Part shown: positions 1-12,953 of the stretch, in pieces | Layout: every line of letters starts with the position of its first letter | Numbering within the stretch: position 1 is the stretch's first letter | Origin: Haliotis rubra | Lineage: Eukaryota | Reading direction: 5' to 3' | NCBI RefSeq assembly: GCF_003918875.1 | Contig: NW_025765448.1 | Coordinates: 124,001 to 188,000 of the forward strand | Length of the DNA stretch: 64,000 nucleotides | Made by a program: the position numbers and the translations under genes | The notes under the pieces: generated by a model | Told to the model about the DNA's origin: nothing | Seen by the model: the letters and a program-made list of their open reading frames with translations, nothing else | Databases searched by the model: none

Positions 1-958
1 GAAGGAATTATCTCTTGTGCCAATCTTATCTTACATGCATATCCTTAACGAAATACGAATGTACATTCTTTACTGAGAGGGTCCCAATTATAAGATATGA
101 CACATATGATCATTTTAGGTGACATTGTGTATTCATAGTTTTCCGCCGTTGGTGTGTGCCAATTTACACTTGTCAGATGGGTACACAAAATTCGTGATCT
201 ACACTACAGATTTACATTTTTATGTCCATACTGCCTTAATTCTATAAGTACTTACGAAATGGTGCCAGGAAGGCCACGAGATACCTGCCATTGGTTTATT
301 TTCCCTATGAGCCTCACTTCTCCCTGAATATTAGCTCCATATACATGTTGGTGGGTATTTACCAAAGTTGTGAAAGTCTACACATGCGACACATACAGCT
401 TTCCTTCCATTTTAAGATGGAAAGCCATGATGACGTGATTCTTAATCAACTCTCTACTCACCAACATGGTCTTTCCGGGTGATATCGCCACGACGTTGAT
501 GCTGATGGTGACGTCGATGGATTTTGGCAGAACGTACTAGAAAGATGTATTGTATTTATGTCCCACAATAATTCAACACCTCGTCATTGTCTTGTCCAGA
601 TTCGATTATTTACACAGCGCAGTCACATAGCTGGTCAATTGCGGAGTTAAGCAACAAGTAACAGACAATCAATATCTCGTTAAACGTATGTTAGACCACC
701 GTTTGACAACAGTACGTTTGGAAGACAAAAAAATATTCGTCTTTTTTTGGTTAGATTTCTACATTCAGGTAGAAAATTATACATCTTATTGGTACATTAT
801 TTGGTTTCATAAGTAAATGTACCACGGCATGATGTACCAGACATCCATGTATAAGCAAATACGTCTTAAATTAACAAACACTTTTCCAAGCACTGATAAT
901 ATCTAAATTGAAGCAAGGGTTGGCTTTCTCATATAGTAGTATATTCTACATACAGCAA
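1..958 (-). pseudogene. Gene A copy 0 (A0) remnant: intron 3, 3' end of exon 3 (462-524), then fused to intron 1 sequence
   Basis: 1-524 aligns to 5200-5673 and 13820-14320; 545-955 aligns to 6795-7225. Exon 2 and most of exon 3 are missing, and exon 1 is replaced by a LINE fragment. Confidence 0.75.
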
Positions 959-959
959 T

Positions 960-1430
960 AGTCTGAAACGTACATTAAGATTCAAATCCTTTTTTTGCAT
1001 GATGTGCAAAAAGCATGGCAACTATTTCACAAAAGAACATTATATTGACCCAAATAACATCAATGAAATTCTATCCCAACAATTATGGTTTATGAACTGC
1101 AATAGGGATTATAAATAATAAGGATATTTGTGATGAAACTGGATGGCAACTACTGACTCTTGGAAAGATACTCTTAACCATTTTCATTTAATACCAGTCA
1201 GGGATTTGAATGTGAACCAATGCCAGATCTATTTAGAAAAACATCAAAAGGCTGCAGGATATTTTATGATAAACTTATTTCCAGTGATATACACCCAAAT
1301 ATTTGTAATAGATGGCAGCTGTTATTTCCTGAAACGGACTTTAATTGGAAACCTATATTAACAGTATACAGAAAAGGATTGCAAGACACAAAACTTATAG
1401 ATTTTCAAAATAGATTTCTACAAGGTGTTA
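960..1430 (+). mobile_element. Degenerate L1/Tx1-type LINE ORF2 C-terminal fragment
   Basis: WQLLFPETDFNWKPILTVYRKGLQDTKLIDFQNRFLQ resembles the region before zf-RVT in L1/Tx1 ORF2; AT-rich and frameshifted. Confidence 0.6.
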
Positions 1431-1811
1431 TTATTTACAAAACGCCGCCATATAGCTGGAATATTGCTCAGTGCAGCATAAAACTAAACTCACTCACTCA
1501 CTATTAAGGAACTAAATTAATTAGTGGTCCTTCTCCCTTTAACAGGAGTTTTAAGGGAGAAGGCGACATTTAGTGGTGAATTGTGCCCGATCCTTTTGTC
1601 TTCTTTTGCAAAATATGTTCAAAACATTAAAAAAATATATTTTTCAATAAAGTCTTTCCTCACAAATTACTGACATGCCACGAGATAATGCTGTGATCGA
1701 AGTTCAAATAAAATGAATGCTAAAATCAACACCAGAATGACCAAGGAATCATTTATTGAACTTCATTGCAAATAAAATGCTTTGAGAGCATCAAAAAGAG
1801 AGAAAATAACA

Positions 1812-2322
1812 TTATCCCCACACCTCGAGGTAGTACATCTTCGAGACTTCGGTGTCCCCGCTCGACGTGCTCACATAGTACGCTCCCTCTAAGGCTTCTG
1901 TAACGTTCTTGAACCGGAAGATCTTTCGACTGCGAAAGCCAGTTCCGATTGAGAACGTTTCCACTTCCGGTTCTGTAATCTCGCGACAGTCTCGAAACAA
2001 CTTCAGGACAGGGCGTTTATAATATAGTATGATTGTGGTTTTCAGTAACACTGCATGCTTATGAAAGTGTCTGAATATGATTGTGATTACAACAGTCTCC
2101 GTGTATGCTTGTGTTTGAATGATACTGCCTGTTTATGACATTGAGTATTATACGATCTTGTTTGAATGGTACTGAGTGTTAATAATGGTGCACGTGTATG
2201 ACTGTGTTTGAATGACTGCGTGCGTATGAGATGGTCTGTGCATGATTGTCTTTTCAACAACACTGGTGCATATGAAAGTGCAGGAGCAACGGGAGCAGCA
2301 CACCGACGCGCACAACCGCCAT
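1812..2322 (-). pseudogene. Gene B copy 0 (B0) remnant: last-exon 3' end (1812-2010) and partial exon 1 (2282-2322)
   Basis: PVLKLFRDCREITEPEVETF...MYYLEVWG matches B2. 2282-2322 matches the B2 signal exon, and the ~2 kb between is replaced by a 270-bp filler. Confidence 0.8.
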
Positions 2323-4330
2323 GTTGATGTAATGATTTTCTCTGTACCTTTGAAGGTCCCCCGTTAGAGCTAGTTCACCGGATGTCGATAATTTAGGCAT
2401 TCAGAGTTGAAATTAAACAAGTGATACTTGATAGTGCTGACATTTGTGTTGAGAGTGTCAACATATCCAGCATGTTATTTTTATTGAACAATTAACATCG
2501 TTGATTAATTATAACGAGGTGTATGAAGTCCGCTGGGTGCTTTACTGTCTGTGACTTGGCTTGAACGTTCACACGCCTGTCTGACACTGCCTGACACAGT
2601 GTTTGTGTGTGATTGTGTTTGAGTGACACTGGGCGTTTATAATATAGTATGATTGTGGTTTTCAGTAACACTGCATGCTTATGAAAGTGTCTGAATATGA
2701 TTGTGATTACAACAGTCTTCGTGTATGCTTGTGTTTGAATGATACTGCCTGTTTATGACATTGAGTATTATACGATCTTGTTTGAATGGTACTGAGTGTT
2801 AATAATGGTGCACGTGTATGACTGTGTTTGAATGACTGCGTGCGTATGAGATGGTCTGTGCATGATTGTCTTTTCAACAACACTGGTGCATATGAAAGTG
2901 TCTGTATGATTGTGCTTGAAGCACACTGAGTTATATTTGTTGTGTATGAGTGTGTTTTAAATGAAACTGTGTGCTTATGAAAGTGTTTCTTCGTGATTGT
3001 TTTAAAATACCAGCATGCTTGTAAAAGATTCTGAGTATTATTGTGCTTGAACTATGGTGTGTACTTATTCGATTAGGGGCATTTGGGTAGCCTAGTGGTT
3101 AAATCGTTCGCTCGTCACGCCGAAGACACGGGTTCGATTCTCCACATGAGTACAATATGTGACTCCCATTTACGGTGCCCCCCGAAGTGATGTTGCTGGA
3201 ATATTGCTATTGCTTATTAAACTCACTCACACACTTATTCGCTTGTGTCAAAATGAAATAGTGTATACAAGTGTTTGTTCATGGTTGTGTTTTCACTTAC
3301 ACTGCCTGCTTATGATAGTTGCTGTGCATGATTGTGTTTGTTTGTTTGAATGGTTGCACACTCAGCACTATTCCAGATATATGGAAACGGTCTGTAAAAC
3401 ATCTTGTCTAGACCAGACAAACCAGTGACCAACATCATGAGCATCGATCTACGCAATAGTAAGTGTTTGAGTGACAAGGCGTGAATATGATATTTCTGAA
3501 TATAAATATTATTGAATGGGTGATCTTGTTCACTGCAACTGCCGCTGTTCCAAAGTGTGGTATATACGAACACTTCACGTTACAATCACACCTATATACA
3601 ACCATAACATCCGTTAGCTATATTAATCAATTTACATATTATGATGTCAATTCTTTTATGAAATGGTAACACTTTTTTGTGAATATATATGCAATTTCAT
3701 AAAATCCGATACATGATAATATATACATACACACACATACGAACACTTCACGTTACAAGCTTATACCCTCTTTGCTAAGTTGTTTGTCCAGGTTAAGAAC
3801 TCGACCCAATACGGGTGCCATCGGATAGCACCCTACATTCAGAGTTTAGTAGGGATTAAGGGGCGGGTTGGTAGGAGTTGGGGTAGAGGTGCGTGCCAAC
3901 TGGTACTTGGTATAACATGTCAACATTTGGAAATGATATTGGGGACAGTAAATGTAAACGTATATTAACCAAATAGCTCTGATCTTGCACTTGACGTCAC
4001 AAGATGCACTGCACTCATAATTGAGTAACCTGGTGATCATATCGTTCACTCGTCACGCCGAAGATCCGGGTTCGATTCCCCACATGGGTACAATGTGTGA
4101 AGCCCATTATGGTGTCCCCCACCGTAATATTACTGTAATATTGCCAAAAGCGGTCTAAAACCTAACTCACTCACTCTTCACTGAGGGCTGTACTCACGGC
4201 TGAAAGTGAATCACAAAAGTTACGAAATATCACACTATGTAATGATCACATGCTCAGTCAAATGCTTCTTCGATCCGATTTATTACCTTGCTGACATTTA
4301 ACTAAATGACATTGAGGACGTTGATATTAA

Positions 4331-7300
4331 TTAAATGACATTGAGGACGTTGATGTTGAAATCAGCATTTGCCCTGCCCGTTCCATTACGTGACTTAATC
4401 TTGGCTACTGCCAGGTACCTCCCAGCTTGGGCCGAAGTCACTGACCGGAACCGGAAGTGGACCTCTCTTTCGAAGTAGCGTTTAACATCAGCAACAGGTT
4501 CTACCTTTTGCCTACTTCTCATGAGCGTGATATTTGGATATTCATACAATGATTCCCTCCATATATCTTCAACCTCACTGCCCCCAAAAGCCTTCAATTC
4601 CACATCGATGTCGCCGCCATTTTCAACATAGTAATTTCTCTCCACCTTGTCAAAAACAACTAGCCTTTCCGCAAACAAATGGGAAACAGGTGGTGGTTGC
4701 AGGAACAGCATGTACGTGACCTTGACCCCCGCAAACAGTACACATGACCTTGTCAAACTGAAGCCATTGGTGACTTTCAGAATGCCCCGGGGTAGGTCAC
4801 CGGATGAATTGTAGTTCACGTTCACACGCCGCACACTGTACCTTGGTTTATCAATAACAAATAACTCATCCAAATTGAGATTATCATCACGTGTAGGAGT
4901 AGTGACTTCAAGGAATTCGGAGTCTGATTCGGCAGTTCTGATCTTGATTCTTGGAGGAGTTATGCAGTCATTGATACTGGTGAACTCCGCTTTAAGGCCG
5001 TGCCATGTACCATGTCCAATGTCCTTTGCTTTGAAGGTTGTGCGGATAAGGATGGGATCTCCGGCGTTGTAGCTGACACGATCCTTTGGAGTCACTTTAT
5101 ACTCGTATTTGGGGATGTACTCCTAGAAGACAAGGACAGGACATAAAGATAACGGGACAGTACAAATCAGGGACAACAATAGTCCATCCTTGAAAAGAAT
5201 GACCTCTTGTGCCAATCTTATCTTATATGCACAGCAATTACCCTTAACGGAATACGTCTCAATTATAAGATATGACACATATGATCATTTTAGGTGACAT
5301 TGTGTGTTCATAGCCTTCGGCCACGGGGTGTGTACCAATGTACACTTGTCCGAAGGGTACACAGACTTCGTGATCTACACTACATACTTACCATTTTATG
5401 TCCATACTACGCGTAATTGTGTAAGTATTTTCGTACAAGGGATTCCTGCCATTGGTTTATATTCTCCATGAGCCTTACTATTCCTTGAATATTAGCCCCA
5501 TATACATGTTGGTGGGTATTTGCGGAAGTGGTAAAGATCTACACATGTGACACATTCGGTTTGTCACATTCCGTGACATAACGTGAATCTGAATCAACTC
5601 TTTACTCACCAACATGGACTTCCCGGGTGATATCGCCACGACGTTGATGGTGATGGTGACGTCGATGGATTTTCCTGCCAACTGGAGCTCAAGTGATTCG
5701 ATTTGGAAGGATCCTGGGATACGTATCGACGCCGTCTGGTACCAGTATTCGACTCCGTTGTGTGCCGTTTCATAACGGAAAATGCAACGTCCGTTCTGAG
5801 ACCATCATCACCATCTGTACAGAAAACAAACGTGTTCTTTTGGCTCAAGCTATCAGGTATGCAACGACTGAACGAACTGTAGCCGCATTGCGACTTTCCA
5901 TGTGTAAGGCGAATAATAGGAGCAAGCTAAACTGGAGCCAGGCTGAACGTGAATCCAACAACTTCTAATCGCCTACCACCCGCTTGATACGCACATGAAA
6001 AGTCAATAAATCATTTTAATCTCAAATAACCTCGGTTGATGGTACAAACGCGAATACAATAATTGTGTATTATTTCATAAAAACCCAAATGAAACAGATA
6101 CATAATAATAAATAGTATATGTAAATACAAAATATATGATGGCTGTAGCTAGTTTATGTTGTAAGGGATGATAGTTTTGATACAAATTTTGATAAATTGA
6201 TCATTTCTTTAGTGTCATAAAGTGACGACCATACACAGATAACTCACCTACACCGAGTTTTCCATTGATCCACCATAACGGGGTCACCTGCCTGGGAGAA
6301 TCATATCTAACGGTGACGTTCACAGCGCCGTTGTCGTTAGCCAAATAAATCGTCTTCGGGTTAAGCCATTGTTCTTGGTATTCTTCGAAGTTTGAGGAAG
6401 ACAGCTGAACAAAGATATTGTCAAATACTGATCGGAAAATCCTATCAAAATTGAGAAAACATTTATTCAAAACTGTACTGAAATATAGCTGCCCTACAAA
6501 ACAAAGTTTATGGAAACTGGATTTGGCTAAATTATGCCATATTAGGCTTGAAACAGTCGCTGAAAACAATTGTCCCAAACACGACTATGATGCACGCAGC
6601 TAACGTAACACCACAGAATAACCGTTTCCTGTTGTTTCATTTTACGCAACTATCAAACATGAGTGTATACTTTCTTTTGCCTGTCAGTATATAACAATGA
6701 TACATATATTCTTGATATATATAGATATTCTTGATCTGGGATAACCCATTAAGACTGTTCAATCCTCCTGGCATAATAATATAAACAAAAGGATTGTTGT
6801 ATTTATATCCCACAATAATTCAACACCTCATCGTCGTCCTGGTCCACATTCGGTTATTTACTCACGGCAGTCACATACCTGGCCAACTGTCGGATGCAGA
6901 GTCAAACAACAAATAAAAATAAACAATATCTCGTTAAACGTTTGACCACAGTTTGACAACGATACGTTTGGAAGACATAAACATATTCGTATGTATTTAT
7001 TTTGTTAGATTTCTACATTCAGGTAGAAAGTATACATTGTTTCCAGACGTGCTTACCATTTTATTGGTATAGTGATACATTATTTAGCTACATAAATAAA
7101 TCTACTTCAGTATGACGGATAAATGTTTCTTATATTAACAAACACTCCTTCCAAGCACTGATAATATCTAAACGGAAGAAAGGGTCGGTTCTCAAATAGT
7201 AGTATATTCTAAATACATCAATATTTTGTACGTGTTTTGAAATGAACATAATGAATTTCATCAGAAATAGCCAATATTCAGGGTATTTTAACCATGTTTT

Positions 7301-7381
7301 CGAATGATTGAAAGTGAAACTTACCCCATGAACGACTGCCAGAAGCAGAGTCAGTTGTAGCGCCACCAGTGTGGATGCCAT
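4331..7381 (-). pseudogene. Gene A copy 1 (A1), frameshifted
   Basis: Exons 7381-7325, 6404-6248, 5814(5994)-5610 and 5122-4331. Exon 3 is 205 nt vs 206 nt in A2 (1-nt deletion near 5780). It also has an AT acceptor at 5995-5996 and TAG at 5927-5929. The last exon is intact, with 8 aa differences from A2. Confidence 0.7.
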
Positions 7382-9024
7382 GATTCCAGATGTGTCCTCA
7401 ATGTCACGCTGCTGCAACTGAGCTCTCACTTTATCAACGAGCGGAAACAACAATTCCAGTCTCAGGCCATGACATTTAAATGCCCTACCATTATGTCAAA
7501 CAGAGGCTGAATTCATTTACCACGATGTTGTGTGAGTCATTGATTTCAGTGTTGACAACACATCGCCATGATACTATTCAAATGAAGTAAAGAAACATGA
7601 ACTGTACATCTTAAAACTGAGAATTCGAAAGACGAGAACTTCTATATGTAGAAGAACACGGCGACGAGGCGACTAACGGGATCGGGTGGTCAGGCTCGCT
7701 GACTTGGTTGACACATGTCATCGGTTCCCAATTGCGCAGATCGATGCTCATGCTGTTGATCACTTAATTGTCTGGTCCAGACTCGATTATTTACAGACCG
7801 CCGCCATATAGCTGGAATATTGCTGAGTGCGGCGTAAAACTAAATTCACTCCAACAGGATGTAGTCATGGATGTATTCGATCTATGCTTTATTCGCGCTC
7901 TAAAACCCCGTAAGGTAATGCACCTCCGAAAGAGATTATGCCAATGATTGCTAAAGCCTTAAAATATGCGAAACCGACCAGAAGATAAACAATGTAGCCC
8001 CCGCGAGCGAGAAACTACTGAATAATAGTAGGAGGCAAAATACGTTAATATTTTTATAACCCATATAAGACCCCCTTATCCACTTTATCTCTTGAACTGT
8101 TTTCATAAATAGTCTCCTGTCTGTCTGTGACTGATATATGTCCCCGGCGGGTAATTGGATATCTGTGCAAACTTCATGTTTACTTTATGTGAAGAGAGTT
8201 TTGCCTTGTATCCCAGAGTCGATAATATCTCGTTGTCAGCCAGATATCCAGTAAGTCGCCATCTATAGTAAAGTACGTTTAAAATAAACACGCTTATAAC
8301 AAAACGACTGGTATATCTGACTATTATTTGCATCCCAGAGTCGGTATCAGTCAAACATCCAGTAAGTCACAATCTACAGTAGACTTTGTTTAGAACAAAC
8401 ACGCTTTTAACGAACCAACTGGTATAGCTAACTATGGTTTTTGTCGATAATACTTCGTAATGAGCCATACATCCATCTACAGTTAAGTACGTTTAAAAAA
8501 GACAAGCTTATAACGAACCNNNNNNNNNNNNNNNNNNNNNNNNNNNNNNNNNNNNNNNNNNNNNNNNNNNNNNNNNNNNNNNNNNNNNNNNNNNNNNNNN
8601 NNNNNNNNNNNNNNNNNNNNNNNNNNNNNNNNNNNNNNNNNNNNNNNNNNNNNNNNNNNNNNNNNNNNNNNNNNNNNNNNNNNNNNNNNNNNNNNNNNNN
8701 NNNNNNNNNNNNNNNNNNNNNNCGGTTGTACATACAACTAACTATGGTTTATTAAGGAACTAAACTTAGTGGTTCCTTTGAGTAAGTTCTAACAGGAGTT
8801 TTAAGGCAGAAGCCGACTTGTGCCTGATCCTTTTGTCTTTTTTGTAAAATATGTTCAAAACAGGCTGAAAATGTATTTTTTAATTGGGTCTGACTCACAA
8901 AATAATGACATGCCACGATACAACGTTGAAATCAAAGTATAAACAAAACGAATGCTCAAATCAAAACACCAGAATGATCAAGGAATCATTTATTGAACTT
9001 CATTGCAGATGCTTTCACTTAACG

Positions 9025-11092
9025 TTATCCCAGGGCGTCAATGTAGTACATCTTCGAGACTACGGTTTCCCCGCTCGACGCGCTCACATAGTACGCTCCC
9101 TTTAAGGCCAATGTAACGTTCTTGAACCGGAAGAAGCCAGTTCCGATTGTGAACGTTTCCGCTTCTGGTTCTGTAATCTCGCGACAGTCTCGGAACAACT
9201 TCAGGACAGGTTTCGGATAACCCATGGCGTCAACCTGGGTGTATGGCCATCTCGTATGAATTACTTCATTGTTGTGTCTATTTTGAGGGTCGTCAACAAA
9301 ATTGACGCTGCTCCAAAATGGGGAACCGTGTCCACGATTCTTCACATACACCCAACGCCTGATTATGATTTTATCAAGAAGGCTGTACGCAGAGTTAACA
9401 CCTAACCGGACCGCAAATTTGACCTCTCCCTCGGTATAAGGGAACGCTGTGTTGATAGACGCCACGGTGCGCTCTATAGTCGACGTGGGGGGTGATGTTC
9501 AGAGGTGGTAAGATGAAAGAATTCCTTCTACGAAACCAGTGATCTTCCAAATATGGGATAGACCGGATGTGAGTTTCTAACGGAGGGAGCGATCTGTAAT
9601 CGAAAGAACTTAGTATCCCCATTGTGAAATCCATCTTAAACGATCCAAGGTTCTCAGACTCTAACGACAGACTGAAGTTAACCCGTTCATTTTCGTCAAA
9701 GTTCACGTGACCATCTGGCTGAGAACGGAACACCAGTTTGTTGATAGTTTTGCGTTCTAAGCGGCTGTTTCGAATATCTCCCTCCTGGAGAACAATTTGA
9801 TTTCGTAGTCGTCTCAATAGATGCAAGTCAGTATTTGTCGTTGAAGGTCTCTACGCCACGGATCTATGACCATATGAAGAGTTGTTTCCCCCTTCCGACC
9901 CCGAGTAGGTGTGGGTTGTGTTATCTAAATCGGAATTGCATTCATACATGGAATATGTCAGTGTTAATTACTTGGAGAGTTAAAACTGAGTATATTAATC
10001 ACACAATCTGGAGACAGATATTTAAACTGTTAAATTGTATCTGGGAATTGTCAGAAAAATATAGTGTTATCAGTATATGGGGTAAGTGAGTGAGTTTGGT
10101 TGTAGCAACTTTTAGAAATATTCCGACAATCTCACGTCGGGGGCACCAGAAATGGGCTTCACATATTGTGCCCATGTGGAGAATCGAACCCGGGTCTGAC
10201 GAGCGAACACTTCAAACACTAGGCTACCCCTCTGTAAATGGAGTGAGCGAGTAGTAGTGGTGTAACGATATACGACGGTACAATATTTTATTACCTACGA
10301 GGGAGAACATATCGGGGTTCATATTTTTCATACGATGCCCTTGGGCAAAAAATCACTTTGTCATGGTGACGTGACGTCATGAACAATGCTATGACGTCAC
10401 GTTTCTTCTGTGACTTTGCATTCAATATGCGGCGACGGTGGGTAGCTAGCCTATGTATGAAAGTATATATTTGGGTTCATTTTCCTCAATTTGACGACTT
10501 CGGTAATAAACAGAATATCATATTCGTGCCCATATCATACTATGTTTACGACACTCGTGCCTAAATATCGGTATATCCCTCGCTCTCGCTCGGGAAATAC
10601 CAACATTTAGGCACTCTCGTCGTAAACATAGTATGACATGGGCACTCATATAATATCCTCTATTTATTGCGATACGTATTGTATCGTCGTATCGTTACAC
10701 GTCAGTTATCTCCTGGCAATAACTGTATCAATTGCACGGAGAAAACCCTTCTCGCAAGAGGTGGGCTTCACACATTGCACAAATGAGAAACAAACTCGGG
10801 CCTCAGGCGTGACGAGCACACGTTTTAACCACAAAACCACCCACAGCCCCTCTGCATTTGGAAAACAGTATTATGCAATAAACTTGATTCAAAGGATGTC
10901 TGGACAATGCATTTTGAGATAACCAGGTTTGGTAGACATTTTAAAAGACTTAGTACTTACGGCTGACAAATTCATCGACCTTCCACAGCACAACAGGTCG
11001 GTTTTCCGCTCCGTACGTCACTGTAATGTTCCGCATGTCCCCTTCAACGGACAACTGGACATCGGTCACTACCGGGACACCTCTACAGACAC
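9025..11092 (-). pseudogene. Gene B copy 1 (B1), decayed
   Basis: Homologous to B2. Exon 1 and intron 1 are deleted (junction ~11110), exon 2 (11092-10961) has a 4-nt deletion, the exon 3 acceptor is lost (~9930), and there are extra bases in homopolymers near 9490 and 9890. Confidence 0.8.
10293..10662. mobile_element. Insertion specific to B1 intron 2, with a ~135-bp hairpin (10520-10656)
   Basis: Absent from the B2 equivalent site (~19610), flanked by TTTATT on both sides, with a long internal palindrome. Confidence 0.6.
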
Positions 11093-12953
11093 CTGGGAAA
11101 GATTCTCGTTAATTATAACGAGGTGCCAGTGAAGTCTGATTGTCGTCCACCTCTGGGTGCTTAACTGTGTGCTTGAATGTTTGCACGTCTGCCTGCTTAC
11201 AAGATTGTTTGTGTATGATTGTGTTTGAGTGACACTGAGTGTTTATGATATAGTACGATTGTGTTTTCAGTAACACTGCGTGCTTATGGAAGTGTGTGAG
11301 TATGATTGTGATTACAACAGTCTCCGTGTATGCTTGTGTTTGAATGATACTGCCTGTTTATGGCATTGAGTATTATACGATCTTGTTTGAATGGTACTGA
11401 GTGTTAATAATAGTGCATGTGTCTGGCTGTGTTTGAATGGTACTGAGTGTTAATAATAGTGCATGTGTATGACTGTGTTTGAATGACTGCGTGCGTATGA
11501 GATGGTCTGTGCATGATTGTCGTTTCAACAACACTGGTGCTTATGAAAGTGTCTGTATGATTGTGCTTGAAGCACACTGAGTAATATTTGCTGTGTATGC
11601 TTGTGTTTTAAATGAAACTGTGTGCTTATGAAAGTGTTTGTTCATGATTGTTTTAAAATACCATAGCATGCTTGTAAAAGATTCTGAGTATTGTTTGCTT
11701 GAACTATGGTGTGTGCTTATTCGATAAGGGGCATTTGGGTAGACTAGTGGTTAAAGCGTGGCCGAAGACCCGGGTTCGATCCCCACATAAGTACAATATG
11801 TGACCCCCATTTACGGTGTCCCCCGATGTGATGTTGCTGGAATATTGCTATAAGCGGCGTAAAACTAAACTCACTCGCTTACTCGATTGTGTTAGAATGA
11901 CATGGTGTTTACAAGTGTTTGTTCATGGTTGTGTTTTCACTTACACTGCCTGCTTATGATAGTTGCTGTGCATGATTGTGTTTGTTTGTTTGAATGGTTG
12001 CACACACAGCACTATTCCAGCTGTATGGAAACGGTCTGTAAAACATCTTGTCTGGACCACACAAACCAGTGATCAACATCATGAGCATCGATCTACGCAA
12101 TAGTCAGTGTTTGAGTGACAAGGCGTGAATATGATATTTCTGAATGTAAATATTATTGAATGGGTGATCTTGTTCACTGCAACTGCCGCTGTTCCAGAGT
12201 TCGGTATATACGAACACTTCACGTTACAATCACACCTATGTACAACCATAACATCCGTTAGCTATATTAATCAATTTACATATTGTCATGTAACTCATTT
12301 TATGAAATGGTAACACTTTTTTGTGAATATATATGCAATTTCATAAAATCCGATACATGATAATATATACATACACACACATACGAACACTTCACGTTAC
12401 AAGCTCATTCCCTCTTTGCTAAGTCGTTTGTCCAGGTTAAGAACTCCACCTAATACGGGTGTAATCGGTAAGCATAATACATTCAGAGTTTTGTAGGGAT
12501 TAAGGGGCGGGTTGGTAGGAGCTGGGATAGAGGTGCGCGCCAATTGGTACTTTGATGTGTCCGTAACATGTCAACATTTGGAAACGGTATTGGGGACAGT
12601 AAATGTAAATGTATAAGCAAACAGTTGTGATCTTGCACTTGACATCACAGGATGCATTGCTCCCTTTACTGAGGGTGCGGTGGGGTAGTCTCGTGCACAC
12701 GTCACGCCGAAGATCCGGGTTCGATTCCCCACATGGGTACAATCTGTGAAGCCCATTTCTGGTATGCCCCACCAACATGATATTGCTGGAATGTTGCTAA
12801 AAGCGGCCTAAAACTAAACACTCACTTTTTCACAGAGCGCTGTACCCACGGTTGAAAGTGAATCACCACAGTTACGAAATATCACACTATGTAATGATAA
12901 CATGCTCAAGCAAATGCTTCTTTAATCCGGTTTATTACCTTGCTCACATTTCA

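Noticed and set aside
7130-7453. 107 aa ORF (and 15740-16051) as standalone proteins
   Set aside because: These are the gene A signal exon read through into UTR and intron.
8428-8755. ORFs spanning N runs (also 36231-36524)
   Set aside because: Artefacts of assembly gaps 8520-8722 and 36337-36492. The second gap could hide a phase-1/1 exon but this cannot be assessed.
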